Origin: Spirochaetia bacterium
GTDB taxonomy: Bacteria; Spirochaetota; Spirochaetia; G963692905
Assembly (NCBI GenBank): GCA_965220165.1
Contig: CBDCPJ010000051.1
Span: 26,105 to 90,104, forward strand
Length of the DNA: 64,000 bases
Direction of reading: 5' to 3'
A model generated the notes under the pieces. The model saw nothing but the letters and a program-made list of their open reading frames with translations. It ran no database searches and was not told where the DNA came from. Shown here piece after piece: positions 49,196-59,569 of the stretch (position 1 is its first letter; each line of letters starts with the position of its first letter). A program made the position numbers and the translations under genes.

Positions 49196-51007
49196 CTATG
49201 AAAAATGTCGCTCTAGCTGGTCTATCAGTTCTTTGATAACCTCCATGGCCGAATTGACCACCAGCGGTTGCTCCATGTCCAATCCCGTCAATGCGAGCGT
49301 TTCCAAGGGATAGCGAGAACCGCCGGATTTAAGAAAACGCCGGTAGTCCGCCAGCGCTTGCTGTCCGCCTTTCAGTATATTGCGACTTATCGATAACGCC
49401 GCCGAAATACCGGTAGCGTATTTATAGACATAAAACGCCCGATAAAAATGTGGGATGCGCAATCCTTCAAGATCCGATTGCTCGTCAATAACGGTGGAAT
49501 CGCCAAAATAGGCCTCCAATAGCTCTCGATATTCACCTCGAAGCAGATCGAGCGTAATCGGCGTTCCACCCTCGGTAAGCGCATGCATAGTGTGCTCATA
49601 TTCAGCAAACATCGTTTGCCGGAACAGCGTCGCGATAATGTCTTCGATCCTTTTAAGCACAAGATAGGCTCGAGTATCTGCGTCGGAGGTATCGCGGTAG
49701 AGATAATCGGCCAGTAGTTGCTCATTTACGGTAGACGCGACTTCTGCCTCGAAAATAGTGTATTGGTAATGCTGAAAGGGATTATTGCGTGTCGAATAAT
49801 AGCTATGCATTGAGTGTCCTGCTTCATGGGCGATAGTAAACAGACTGCGAATGTCGTCTTCTTGATAATTTAGCAAGATATAGGGGTCGCCGTTATAGCT
49901 ACCCGCCGAAAATGCCCCGCTTCTTTTTCCGCGATTTTCGTAACGATCGACCCAATCTCCCAATAACCCAGATCGCATGGTGTCGACATAGTCGGAGCCG
50001 AGCGGGCGCAACGCGGCAGAAATTACATCAACCGCCTCTTCGTAGGTATATCGCAGTTTGATTTCCGGCAATAATGGAGCTCGTAAATCATACATATGCA
50101 TTGCATCAAGCTGTAGCACTTTGCGGCGAAGGCGATAATAGCGATGTAATTGCGATAAATTGTCCCGTACCGTCTGAATTAGCGTATCATAGACCGTATC
50201 TGGAATTCTGTCGGGAAAAAGCGCTCTTGATCGGGCTGTCGGAAAGTTGCGGACTTTAGCTTGATAGAGATCCAACGCAATGCTTCCGCTATAGAGCGCG
50301 GCCAATGTATTTTTGTGTTCGTCAAACTTAGCAAAGAGTTGTTGGTAGGCCGTTCGACGCAATTCGCGATTTGGATCAAGCATAAATACGCCAAAGCTAG
50401 CCTGCGTCAACGGTTTACGCCCATCGGGAGTATCGATTGTTCCAAAATCGAAATCAACATCAACTAGAGCCTCAAAAGCCTTGCTGGCAGACTGATTTGC
50501 CTCTTCTTGCAACGCCAATAAGCGCTCTTGCTCCGCCGGCAAAATATGCGGCTTCCAACGGAGTAATTTGCGCAAAAAAATCTCATTTTCCTTAAGTTGC
50601 CTATCGTGAAGAAACTTTTCCATAGTATCGTCGGGAATACGCTGGATCTCTGGAACCACAAAGCTCAATTCCGCGCCAATCCGAGAAAAAATCTGAAGCG
50701 CTTTTCCATAACGCGCCTGATTATCGCTATCTCCAGCATCCTCAGAATAGCGCAACATCGCGTAATACCCTAACTTTTCTTGTTTCTGCTGAATATTATG
50801 ATAGAGTTCTAGGAACTCGGCCAAGACACTCGCTGTTTCCCCTAATTTATCTCGATACCCGGCGATCTGTTCGACTTGTCGCTCGTATACCCGCATATCA
50901 TCAGCCCATTCGTCGCCACTGGCATAGAGCGAACGTAAATTCCAGGTATGTTCCGACGGAACATCAGCGCGAACAGGCACCGCATAAATATTTTCTTGAT
51001 TGTTCAC
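49196..51007 (-). CDS. pepF: Oligoendopeptidase F
   Basis: GKRSGAFS, HEAGHSMH, AEVAST, RIPHFY…YVYKYATG. GTG start taken at 51007. Confidence 0.95.
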   Translation of the reverse strand: MNNQENIYAVPVRADVPSEHTWNLRSLYASGDEWADDMRVYERQVEQIAGYRDKLGETASVLAEFLELYHNIQQKQEKLGYYAMLRYSEDAGDSDNQARYGKALQIFSRIGAELSFVVPEIQRIPDDTMEKFLHDRQLKENEIFLRKLLRWKPHILPAEQERLLALQEEANQSASKAFEALVDVDFDFGTIDTPDGRKPLTQASFGVFMLDPNRELRRTAYQQLFAKFDEHKNTLAALYSGSIALDLYQAKVRNFPTARSRALFPDRIPDTVYDTLIQTVRDNLSQLHRYYRLRRKVLQLDAMHMYDLRAPLLPEIKLRYTYEEAVDVISAALRPLGSDYVDTMRSGLLGDWVDRYENRGKRSGAFSAGSYNGDPYILLNYQEDDIRSLFTIAHEAGHSMHSYYSTRNNPFQHYQYTIFEAEVASTVNEQLLADYLYRDTSDADTRAYLVLKRIEDIIATLFRQTMFAEYEHTMHALTEGGTPITLDLLRGEYRELLEAYFGDSTVIDEQSDLEGLRIPHFYRAFYVYKYATGISAALSISRNILKGGQQALADYRRFLKSGGSRYPLETLALTGLDMEQPLVVNSAMEVIKELIDQLERHFS

Positions 51008-51158
51008 AAAGCTATAATACCACAAATAGCACCAATCCGTCAATTTAAGCTTCACAACACCTAACAATCAAGCGCTATTTAGTCGGCGCTATAATTGCAA
51101 AAGACATCTTGTTACGCTATAATTAGTCTTTAATTACATACGGAGGTACCCCCCAACA

Positions 51159-53591
51159 ATGTCAAAAGATGAACAAAAAGGTTCTGTCATTCCAATTCCT
51201 ATCGAAGACGAAGTAAAAAATTCATATCTCAATTACGCTATGTCGGTTATCGTAAGCCGCGCTTTGCCCGATGTCCGCGATGGACTTAAACCAGTGCACC
51301 GACGTGTGCTCTATTCCATGGGCGATATGTCGCTATGGCACAACACCGCGCCAAAGAAATCCGGTCGTATCGTCGGCGATGTATTGGGTAAATATCACCC
51401 GCATGGCGATCAAAGCATCTATGGAACATTAGTGCGACTCGCTCAGGATTTTTCGCAACGATACCCTATGATCCAAGGGCAAGGCAATTTTGGCTCTCTT
51501 GACGGCGATCCTCCTGCGGCTATGCGATACACCGAAGCAAGATTAAGTAAGCTTGCGGAAGCGATGCTCCGAGATTTGGACAAAGAAACGGTCGACTTTG
51601 GACCAAACTATGACGATGCCATGACCGAACCGCTGGTGTTGCCCGCCGCGTTTCCGTTTCTATTAGCCAACGGTGGCAGCGGCATAGCCGTCGGAATGGC
51701 GACGCAATTGCCGCCCCATAATTTAACCGAAGTTGCCAACGCTATTGCCGCATATATCGACGAACCAGATATTGAATTAGATGGCTTGCTCAAACATATT
51801 AAGGGACCGGATTTCCCCACCGGAGGAATTATTTGCGGAATTTCGGGCATACGAAATGCATATAGCACAGGAAAAGGCAAAATAGTAATGCGCGCTCGCG
51901 CGATCTCCGAAGAAATGGAGAATGGACGCTCGGCCATTGTGGTTACAGAGATTCCCTATTTGGTCAATAAATCGGTTCTTATTACCCGTATCGCAGATTT
52001 AGTGAGGGCTAAAAAAATAGACGGTATCAGCGATCTTCGCGACGAATCGGATCGCGATGGAATACGAATTGTTCTTGAACTTAAGCGTGGAACCAATCAA
52101 AACGTGTTGCTCAATCAGCTCTATACCCATTCTCAATTACAGGAGAATATCAACGTAAATGCGGTTATGTTAGTCAATGGGCAACCACGTCTACTCACGT
52201 TGAAGGAGCAAATCCATTATTTCGCATTGCATCGTCAAGAAGTGGTAACTCGCAGAACACAATATGAACTTCGTAAAGCGGAAGAGCGAGCCCATATCCT
52301 TAAAGGCCTGCAAATCGCCTTAGATAACATTGACGAGGTAATCGCGATCATCCGTCAGGCCGATACGGTCGCCAGCGCAAAAATAAAATTACAAGCTTCA
52401 TTTGCTCTTGATCAAGTCCAGGCTCAAGCAATTCTTGATCTTCGTTTGCAAAAATTGACTAGTTTGGAAACTCAAAAAATTACCGATGAATTGAACCAAC
52501 TATTAGCCCGTATCGACGAACTAAAACAATTGCTCAGCGACAAAAAAGCAATCCTCACTGTGGTAAAAGAGGAGATGTTAAAATTAAGCACCGACTTCGG
52601 AGACAAGCGTCGCACCGAGATCATTCCTTCGGAAGCAGATTTAATTGATATCGAAGACCTTATCTACCAAGAGGATATGGTGATTATCATTTCGCGCAAC
52701 GGCTATCTTAAACGAACGCCGAACAGCGCCTATCGCATTCAAGGACGCGGCGGTCGCGGGAGTATGTCGGCGCAGGTATCTGACGATGATGATATTCAAC
52801 ACACAATTGTCGCCTCTACGCACGACTATATTATGTTCATTACCAGTTTAGGAAAAGCCTATAAATTGAGGGTTCACCAAATTCCGGAGTTTTCTCGTTC
52901 GGCACGCGGGCAACATGTGCGAAATATCTTGGAATTAGCCGAAGAAGAAGAAGTCACCGCCGCTGTTGCGACAAAAGATTTTAATAATGACACTCATTTA
53001 TTTATGGCAACAAAAGGTGGTGTGGTAAAAAAAGTGAACATACGGGATTTTGCCAATGCGCGCTTACGCGGAATTAAAGCAATCAACTTAGATGAACACG
53101 ACCGGCTTATATCCGCAATATTTACCAACGGTTCGCAAGACATTGTGCTGGTTACCCGCAACGGAAAGGGACTACGATTTAATGAAACAGCCGTTCGCTC
53201 TACGGGGCGCGCCTCCAGAGGGGTTCGAGGTATTAAATTATCGAAAGACGATCGACTAATTAGCGCGGTAAGCGCCAATACCGAAGAAACTATGTTATTG
53301 GTAAGCGAATATGGAAGCGGCAAACGCATCGAATTTGACGAGTTAAATCCTCACGGACGCGGCACTGGCGGACAGAAAGTATATGCCTTCACCGCTCGAA
53401 AAGGAAAACTCATCGCAGCGCTCCCAACACATCCAGACGACGAGGTAATGGTCACTTCATCAAGAGGTATCACCGTTAAACAGTTAGCGAGCGGAATTAC
53501 GATACAACGACGCGAAGCAAGCGGCGTACGGCTTATCGACTTAACAAGCGGCGACTCTGTGGTTAGTGTAAGCACCTCCCGATCTATATAA
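51159..53591 (+). CDS. gyrA: DNA gyrase subunit A
   Basis: RALPDVRDGLKPVHRR, YHPHGD, AAMRYTE, GyrA box QGRGGRG. Confidence 0.96.
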   Translation: MSKDEQKGSVIPIPIEDEVKNSYLNYAMSVIVSRALPDVRDGLKPVHRRVLYSMGDMSLWHNTAPKKSGRIVGDVLGKYHPHGDQSIYGTLVRLAQDFSQRYPMIQGQGNFGSLDGDPPAAMRYTEARLSKLAEAMLRDLDKETVDFGPNYDDAMTEPLVLPAAFPFLLANGGSGIAVGMATQLPPHNLTEVANAIAAYIDEPDIELDGLLKHIKGPDFPTGGIICGISGIRNAYSTGKGKIVMRARAISEEMENGRSAIVVTEIPYLVNKSVLITRIADLVRAKKIDGISDLRDESDRDGIRIVLELKRGTNQNVLLNQLYTHSQLQENINVNAVMLVNGQPRLLTLKEQIHYFALHRQEVVTRRTQYELRKAEERAHILKGLQIALDNIDEVIAIIRQADTVASAKIKLQASFALDQVQAQAILDLRLQKLTSLETQKITDELNQLLARIDELKQLLSDKKAILTVVKEEMLKLSTDFGDKRRTEIIPSEADLIDIEDLIYQEDMVIIISRNGYLKRTPNSAYRIQGRGGRGSMSAQVSDDDDIQHTIVASTHDYIMFITSLGKAYKLRVHQIPEFSRSARGQHVRNILELAEEEEVTAAVATKDFNNDTHLFMATKGGVVKKVNIRDFANARLRGIKAINLDEHDRLISAIFTNGSQDIVLVTRNGKGLRFNETAVRSTGRASRGVRGIKLSKDDRLISAVSANTEETMLLVSEYGSGKRIEFDELNPHGRGTGGQKVYAFTARKGKLIAALPTHPDDEVMVTSSRGITVKQLASGITIQRREASGVRLIDLTSGDSVVSVSTSRSI

Positions 53592-53782
53592 AAATTACCG
53601 CGGCACCCGACCGCAACACCCAGAAAAAAGGCGGATCGGCCGACACTATACTATCAACCAAAACCGCCAGAAGAATAATCTGGAAAATAAAAACAACGGA
53701 ATTACTCCTATAAGGAGATACACAAAATTATAAGAAGTAGCCTGCTGTATTCAACAAGCCAGGCCACTAATTTATTATTCTA

Positions 53783-54874
53783 TTATTGCTGTCCAGCCGC
53801 CTGTTCTCGCGTTTCGACAGCCAATGCCTCTTCGTAGCTACGTAAAAGACGCTCCACTCCGATAGCGCGAAACTCTCTTTGACGACGAGCCTGTTCTTGC
53901 TCAAAGATTACCTTCCATTCTTCATCCTGAAAGTCTTCATTAAAAACAAGCTGATCATCTGGAAGAGAGGCCAAGTCGTACGTAAGCTCGACATCGCGCA
54001 CATAGGTTACAAAATAGCCGCCCTCAATTGCCGCGTCGCGATAGACTCGAATACCAACAAACCGAACCAGAGGAACGGGATTGGGATAGCTTGGCGTTAT
54101 TTCTGGATATTCTCGAATTGAGATATCCGAGAGATAGTTTGGATTTTCCCATGTAAGGCGCCGCCATCCCTCGTATTGCATGGTCCCTAAAGGATATTCT
54201 ATCTCTTGACCAAATCGATCCGCCAATACTATTCCCACTGTATGAGGATAGTTGAGGCCATATATCTCTGCAGAGACACTCTTTATTTCAGCCACATTTT
54301 TTATGACGCCTAGGCCATAATAGTTAGCTGGGTCGCTTCGCAGTATCTGCGCGGGAGGCAATCCATCATTGGGCTCTTGTCCTTCATCTTCAAAATAGAA
54401 CCGGCGAACTACATCGTCTAACGTGCCTTCTATGCCGTCAACTCCCGATTCGATGTAGACATCCGAAACAGGAATGTCAAACGGCGGACGAATCAACGCC
54501 CATGAGTTGTAATTCTCTGTCGGAAAATATATCCGCGCCCCTAATACTGTTTGCCCTACGTTTGCGCCGCTTGGAACAGCTATAGGACGGACATCGGAAC
54601 GCCTTAACGTGTCTGATCGCCGAGACGACGCGGGAAATTCAACCTCCCACGAATTAATGGCTAACGACGTGTGAACACGGTCCAACTGACTCGGATGCAA
54701 TACCGGCGTATTGACATCGCCAAATAACGCTTGGAAATCAAGCAAAGTAGCGGCCTCGATAGCAGGCTCAGGAAATAGGGTAAAATCAATTATTTTTCGC
54801 GCGACAGGGCTGCTTTGAGCAAATAGATGCACGCCTAGCACGGTCAAAACAAATAAAATGCATAGTCTCTTCAT
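53783..54874 (-). CDS. flaA: Periplasmic flagellar filament sheath protein FlaA
   Basis: Signal peptide, IIDF, SLAINSWEV, VLGARIYFP, GVIKNV…IKS…YGLNYP, GWRRLTWENPNY. Confidence 0.88.
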   Translation of the reverse strand: MKRLCILFVLTVLGVHLFAQSSPVARKIIDFTLFPEPAIEAATLLDFQALFGDVNTPVLHPSQLDRVHTSLAINSWEVEFPASSRRSDTLRRSDVRPIAVPSGANVGQTVLGARIYFPTENYNSWALIRPPFDIPVSDVYIESGVDGIEGTLDDVVRRFYFEDEGQEPNDGLPPAQILRSDPANYYGLGVIKNVAEIKSVSAEIYGLNYPHTVGIVLADRFGQEIEYPLGTMQYEGWRRLTWENPNYLSDISIREYPEITPSYPNPVPLVRFVGIRVYRDAAIEGGYFVTYVRDVELTYDLASLPDDQLVFNEDFQDEEWKVIFEQEQARRQREFRAIGVERLLRSYEEALAVETREQAAGQQ

Positions 54875-54909
54875 TTATCGTCCTCCGAAAAAAATAACAA
54901 TATTTTGCG

Positions 54910-54938
54910 ATATTACCTCGATTCAAAATATTTGTCAA
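54910..54938 (-). promoter_or_regulatory. Sigma70-type promoter of flaA
   Basis: Minus strand TTGACA-17 bp-TAATAT; GGAGG RBS downstream. Confidence 0.7.
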
Positions 54939-55118
54939 CATGCGCCACCTCGATACTTCGATTTTTATTCGAAACAGTCGATTTGCATAGAATTTCGGCC
55001 ATACGACAATAGGCCGCCCACTTGATCCACTCGGCTCTCATATGACATACTATCAATTAGTATAAATGCCTATCGATAGAAGATATGTCGCCACATTCGC
55101 TAAACGTATCACTACGTT

Positions 55119-57086
55119 ATGAGCGACTGTTTAATTGATTTCACCTCGCTGGTACAGCGTTATAAAGGTCATGGATATTACGCATCAACAGAATGCGACA
55201 CGATTATCGCCGCCGCATATTGGTCCGAAAAATTGCACCACGGTCAAAAAAGAAAAAGCGGAGAAGATTACATTATTCATCCACTGCAAGTCGCCTCGAT
55301 ACTCCTGTCCATGCGTCTTGAAACCCCCGCTATTGTTGCCGGTCTACTCCATGATGTATTAGAAGACACCGATTTTCCTTATAGCCAGCTACGATCATTG
55401 TTTGGCAACTCGGTAGCATTCCTAGTAAAAGGAGTATCAAAAATATCGCAAGATCATAGAACAGACCGTCACCTCAACAGCGCCGACGCTGTACGCGATG
55501 TAATGCTAGCCGGAATGAAAGATGTGCGCGTATTGATAATAAAATTGGCCGACAAACTGCACAATATGCGAACGCTCCGTTACATCCCTCAACCTCGTCG
55601 CGATGAAATAGCTCGCGAATGTCTCGATATTTATGCCCCTCTCGCCCGACGGCTGGGAATTGGTTGGCTATGCCATGAGCTTGAAGACCTTGCATTCAGC
55701 CATATCCATCCAGAAGAATACGCCGCTATACGCCGCTATATGAGCAAAAATATGAGCCACGCGAAAGCCCGACTCATGAAGGCTCGAGAACAAATTTATG
55801 CGGCCGCAACCAGACATCAAGTAAGAATTAGCCTAAAAACTAGGGTAAAACATTGCTACTCCATCTACCGAAAGATGCGTCAGCAAGCGCGTTCGGTTGC
55901 CGAAATATATGACCTTCTTGGAATACGCGTTTTATGCCAAAAGGAGAACGACTGTTTTGCCATGTCGGGAATAATCCCGGGAATATGGAGTAACATCAAA
56001 TCTCGAGAGCGCGACTATATTACAACTCCAAAGCCAAACAACTACCAGAGCATTCATCTAACCGTTCGATTAGAAGCAAACTGGCATCTAGAAATACAGA
56101 TTCGAACCCACAAAATGAATCGCAACGCGGAACATGGCATAGCCGCTCACTGGCTATACCGGCAAGGACAATATAATCGTCTCCAGAAATCTCGAAAAAT
56201 CCCAAAAGTAATCTCAAACGCCACAACATTTGCCAATGGCGACTCGCCGATAGACGACGTTGGCATAAAAAAACAGATCCACCATATTAACATCGACACA
56301 GCCGAATCTACCCAGTTTCTCAAAGCGATGAAACAAGACCTCCGCACCGAATCGATCTATCCCTTTACTCCAAAAGGCAAAATGCTCCATCTTCCGTTGG
56401 GCTCGACCGCGCTTGATTTCGCCTACTATATCCACAGCAATATCGGCGACCATGCCTACGCCGCGCTGATCGATGGAAAGAAAGCGAACATTCGCAAACA
56501 ACTGAATAGCCTGCAAACCGTAGAAATATTAACCGCCCATAATGCCCATCCACGGTTGGAATGGTTGCAGATCGCCTATACCTCTCGAGCGCGTAGCCAT
56601 ATTAGATCGTGGCTTAACGAGAATCATGCCGACCTCACAGTACGCCATAACATCGTTTCGAGCTCATCGTTTGCCAAAAGCAATCGCAACCTAACGCGCG
56701 CAAGCTGTTGTTCGCCGCGTATGGGCGATAAAATCGTCGGATATCTCGGCGCGAATCAAAACATCATCGTGCATCGCTATTCTTGCGCCCGACTACGGAG
56801 AATTAAAAACCTCGACGAACGACGCGTCTCTGTAGAATGGGCCACATCTCAACGCGGCGAAGAAGCGAACTTTACAATATTCGCGCGCCCCTTCCCGTCA
56901 CTTTTCGCCGACATCGAACGCGTAATAGTAGGAAACGGCGGCACACTCATCAGCGGAAGAACCGAAAGCGATCGATCGGGAACAGTAATTGGTCATTTTA
57001 CGATAGAAGTGCCCGACAAAGAAGCAGGCCGCGCGATTGACGCCTCGATTCGTTCGCTACAAGAAATTATAGAAGTGGCACGATAA
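55119..57086 (+). CDS. Long RelA/SpoT homologue, bifunctional (p)ppGpp synthetase/hydrolase
   Basis: HD domain (LLHDVLED), RVKH…SIYRK, YQSIH, EIQIRT, TGS (FTPKG…DFAY), CC motif, ACT-like end. Confidence 0.93.
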   Translation: MSDCLIDFTSLVQRYKGHGYYASTECDTIIAAAYWSEKLHHGQKRKSGEDYIIHPLQVASILLSMRLETPAIVAGLLHDVLEDTDFPYSQLRSLFGNSVAFLVKGVSKISQDHRTDRHLNSADAVRDVMLAGMKDVRVLIIKLADKLHNMRTLRYIPQPRRDEIARECLDIYAPLARRLGIGWLCHELEDLAFSHIHPEEYAAIRRYMSKNMSHAKARLMKAREQIYAAATRHQVRISLKTRVKHCYSIYRKMRQQARSVAEIYDLLGIRVLCQKENDCFAMSGIIPGIWSNIKSRERDYITTPKPNNYQSIHLTVRLEANWHLEIQIRTHKMNRNAEHGIAAHWLYRQGQYNRLQKSRKIPKVISNATTFANGDSPIDDVGIKKQIHHINIDTAESTQFLKAMKQDLRTESIYPFTPKGKMLHLPLGSTALDFAYYIHSNIGDHAYAALIDGKKANIRKQLNSLQTVEILTAHNAHPRLEWLQIAYTSRARSHIRSWLNENHADLTVRHNIVSSSSFAKSNRNLTRASCCSPRMGDKIVGYLGANQNIIVHRYSCARLRRIKNLDERRVSVEWATSQRGEEANFTIFARPFPSLFADIERVIVGNGGTLISGRTESDRSGTVIGHFTIEVPDKEAGRAIDASIRSLQEIIEVAR

Positions 57087-57098
57087 CGCGCGAATCAA

Positions 57099-58142
57099 TC
57101 ATCGCTCAAAATCCTCGATAAACGAAATGATCCCGCTCCCAATAGAGCGAGAGATAACACCGACATACGCATCGTCTTTAAGACGCATAGCCTCGTCTTG
57201 ATTGGTAAGAAACCCCACCTCAACTAACACCGACGGCATCTTTGCTTGCCGTACCACATGCCACGACTCCTGTTTAAGCCCGCGATTAGAAGTAACATTG
57301 CCAATGCCGCGGGTCAACTCATCTAAAATTGAACGGCCGAGCAACGCGCTCTCTATGGTATATTCCTCTTCCTTTAAGGTATTAAGGATGGTCAACACAT
57401 TTGGATCCTCAACGCCGGTGCTACTTGTCGAAACCAACCCTTCGCGACGATATTGCGGCGGAAGATACCACACCTCAAATCCTTTCGCATTTTTATTGAA
57501 TGATGCGTTGACATGTAATGAAATGAAGAGAATCGTCTCTTCTCGCTCCGCCGGAATGGCATTAGCGATCTCTGTACGTCCCTCCAACGAAACAAAAACA
57601 TCTTGAACGCGAGTGAGCACAATATTTTTATTGGAATAGACCCCCTGCAAAATATCGCGAAGTTGCAACGCGATATTAAGCACAATATCTTTTTCTCGCA
57701 CAACAATATCATTGCCATCAACCGTATAGGTTCGCAACGCGCCAGGATCTTTGCCCCCATGACCGGCATCGATAAGGATGGCCGCAATTCTTCTTGCCGG
57801 CCCTTCGCGAGGCGGAAGAAACAGCGCCCTCAAATTTTTTGCCGCCGGCTCAGAAAAAAGAATATGCCCCGTTTGGTATTCGCTCGCTCCCAACCGAACC
57901 AGCTCGGTAAAATTATGGACGCCCCACTCGAGCCCTGGCCGAAACGTCACGACCTCTTCGCCCTTCCAAATCGCTCCGACCTTACGAATAGTATCCCATT
58001 GCAACGTAGCGTTCGTCTCTCGCAAGATATCCCGCACATCGACATACTCGGCGCAAAGACTCGCCCCCCCCGAAAACAGCGCGAAAAGAACCGCGCAAAT
58101 CGACACTATCTCGATCCGCATCCCCTTGCGATATGACACCAC
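57099..58142 (-). CDS. N-acetylmuramoyl-L-alanine amidase (Amidase_3)
   Basis: IDAGHGGKDPGA, EKD, SLHVNA, PSVLVEVGF. Confidence 0.92.
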   Translation of the reverse strand: MVSYRKGMRIEIVSICAVLFALFSGGASLCAEYVDVRDILRETNATLQWDTIRKVGAIWKGEEVVTFRPGLEWGVHNFTELVRLGASEYQTGHILFSEPAAKNLRALFLPPREGPARRIAAILIDAGHGGKDPGALRTYTVDGNDIVVREKDIVLNIALQLRDILQGVYSNKNIVLTRVQDVFVSLEGRTEIANAIPAEREETILFISLHVNASFNKNAKGFEVWYLPPQYRREGLVSTSSTGVEDPNVLTILNTLKEEEYTIESALLGRSILDELTRGIGNVTSNRGLKQESWHVVRQAKMPSVLVEVGFLTNQDEAMRLKDDAYVGVISRSIGSGIISFIEDFER

Positions 58143-58207
58143 TATATCAGTATAGTCGATAGAAGTAGCCCCCTACTTTAACAAATACGACTATGTTAAA
58201 GCATTGC

Positions 58208-58380
58208 AAGAAGGGGGCGGCAGCCCCCTCGCTCCATAGCGCATTGTTGCTTCGCAACAACCACCCACGCCTTAATCACGCTCCACTAACGCTCCGCGCG
58301 GGCGTGGGTTTGCGCTATTCCACTACCCCCACAGACAATCACCTCCTCGGCCGCTCTCCAGAACATCCATGTCGCTCATA
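58208..58380 (+). repeat. GC-rich dispersed intergenic repeat, family B
   Basis: Collinear inverted match to 41751-41930. Confidence 0.65.
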
Positions 58381-58455
58381 CGCCGGAGTGTACGCAACGC
58401 CCTGTGAATTGAATAACCTTGACCGTATTCGTCTAATACGATAGCATATGCATCA

Positions 58456-58986
58456 GTGATGTCGCGCAAATTATTCATCTACCCATGCTCAGTAATCCTA
58501 TTGTCCATCTATCCTTCGACAATCGCGGCCGACCCCTCGATGCTATTGCAAACCTTCGCGCCAATAGGATACTTCGAGAACGGAGCGCCACTCTACGACA
58601 TCACACTCTACCAAGAAGAATATAAGGAAACCCCGCTATGGGAGACTTTAGTGTCAGTAGAAACCGCCGGAACCGGCCTTTTCATAGGGGGGAGTGGAAT
58701 AGCAATCCTAGCATTTGTGCCCTTTCTTATCGCAGAACGAACCATAGAAACCAACCAGATGAATGCGACAGGCTCCCCGATAGAAAATCAGGTAGACGTT
58801 GAAGACGCAAGAACGTTGCACGCGCTCACCGCGTCGATAACAATCGGCGGAATATCTATCGCCGGAATAGGATTTATATTGTGGCTCACCGGCGCTATAT
58901 CCCAAGCGGTAATTACAGCGGAAGAAGAAGCGCGCGCGGAAGCGGAAGCGGAAGCGCAGGCAGAAAAATCAAATGAAGAGAATTAA
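58456..58986 (+). CDS. Hypothetical membrane protein
   Basis: Signal peptide, two hydrophobic segments, EA-repeat tail; upstream TTGACC-17-TAGCAT. Confidence 0.65.
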   Translation: MMSRKLFIYPCSVILLSIYPSTIAADPSMLLQTFAPIGYFENGAPLYDITLYQEEYKETPLWETLVSVETAGTGLFIGGSGIAILAFVPFLIAERTIETNQMNATGSPIENQVDVEDARTLHALTASITIGGISIAGIGFILWLTGAISQAVITAEEEARAEAEAEAQAEKSNEEN

Positions 58987-59061
58987 ATTAACAGATCGCT
59001 TATAATTCAAACTAAATAAATGAGCATCTGTTATAATAAATTAGGAGGCTGAATAAACGAA

Positions 59062-59412
59062 ATGACACAACAACAGAGTGTGCCGTCGCAATCTGTCAAA
59101 GGAAATAGTGATAAAACTGGCAACTCCATTGCTGTAGCTGGATTTACGCTGAGCATGGTCGGCTTTTTTATCCCTATTGTTGGATTCATCTTATCGATAC
59201 TAGGTATCATTTTTTCATCAATTGGAATACGGAGGGCCCCGATCATCGGCAAAGGACGGGGGTTATCCATAGCCGGACTAGTAATTGGCATTCTTGGTTT
59301 TATCTTGGAATTATTTTTTCTGCCACTATTTTTTGGATTTGTTGGACTTTTATTTGCCGCTATTTCGGATTTTTTGCTTACTAATTTTCCGAATTTAGCA
59401 ACCTGTTGTTAA
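59062..59412 (+). CDS. DUF4190-like small membrane protein
   Basis: AVAGFTLS…GKGRGLSIAGLVIG; AGGAGG RBS. Confidence 0.75.
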   Translation: MTQQQSVPSQSVKGNSDKTGNSIAVAGFTLSMVGFFIPIVGFILSILGIIFSSIGIRRAPIIGKGRGLSIAGLVIGILGFILELFFLPLFFGFVGLLFAAISDFLLTNFPNLATCC

Positions 59413-59540
59413 TATTGTCCAACATTTTGAGATATTTCTGAATACGCATTGCCATAAATTGTTCGTTGAATACCGGAAAACCCTGTATACATAGACAGTT
59501 AGAGCATAAAAAATATTTTCAAAAAATAATAAAAAAAGAC

Positions 59541-59569
59541 TTGCAATCTTATTTCCTATTTGATATATT
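59541..59569 (+). promoter_or_regulatory. Promoter of the stand-alone 23S rRNA gene
   Basis: TTGCAA-17 bp-TATATT with extended TG and an A-tract UP-like element upstream. Confidence 0.75.
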
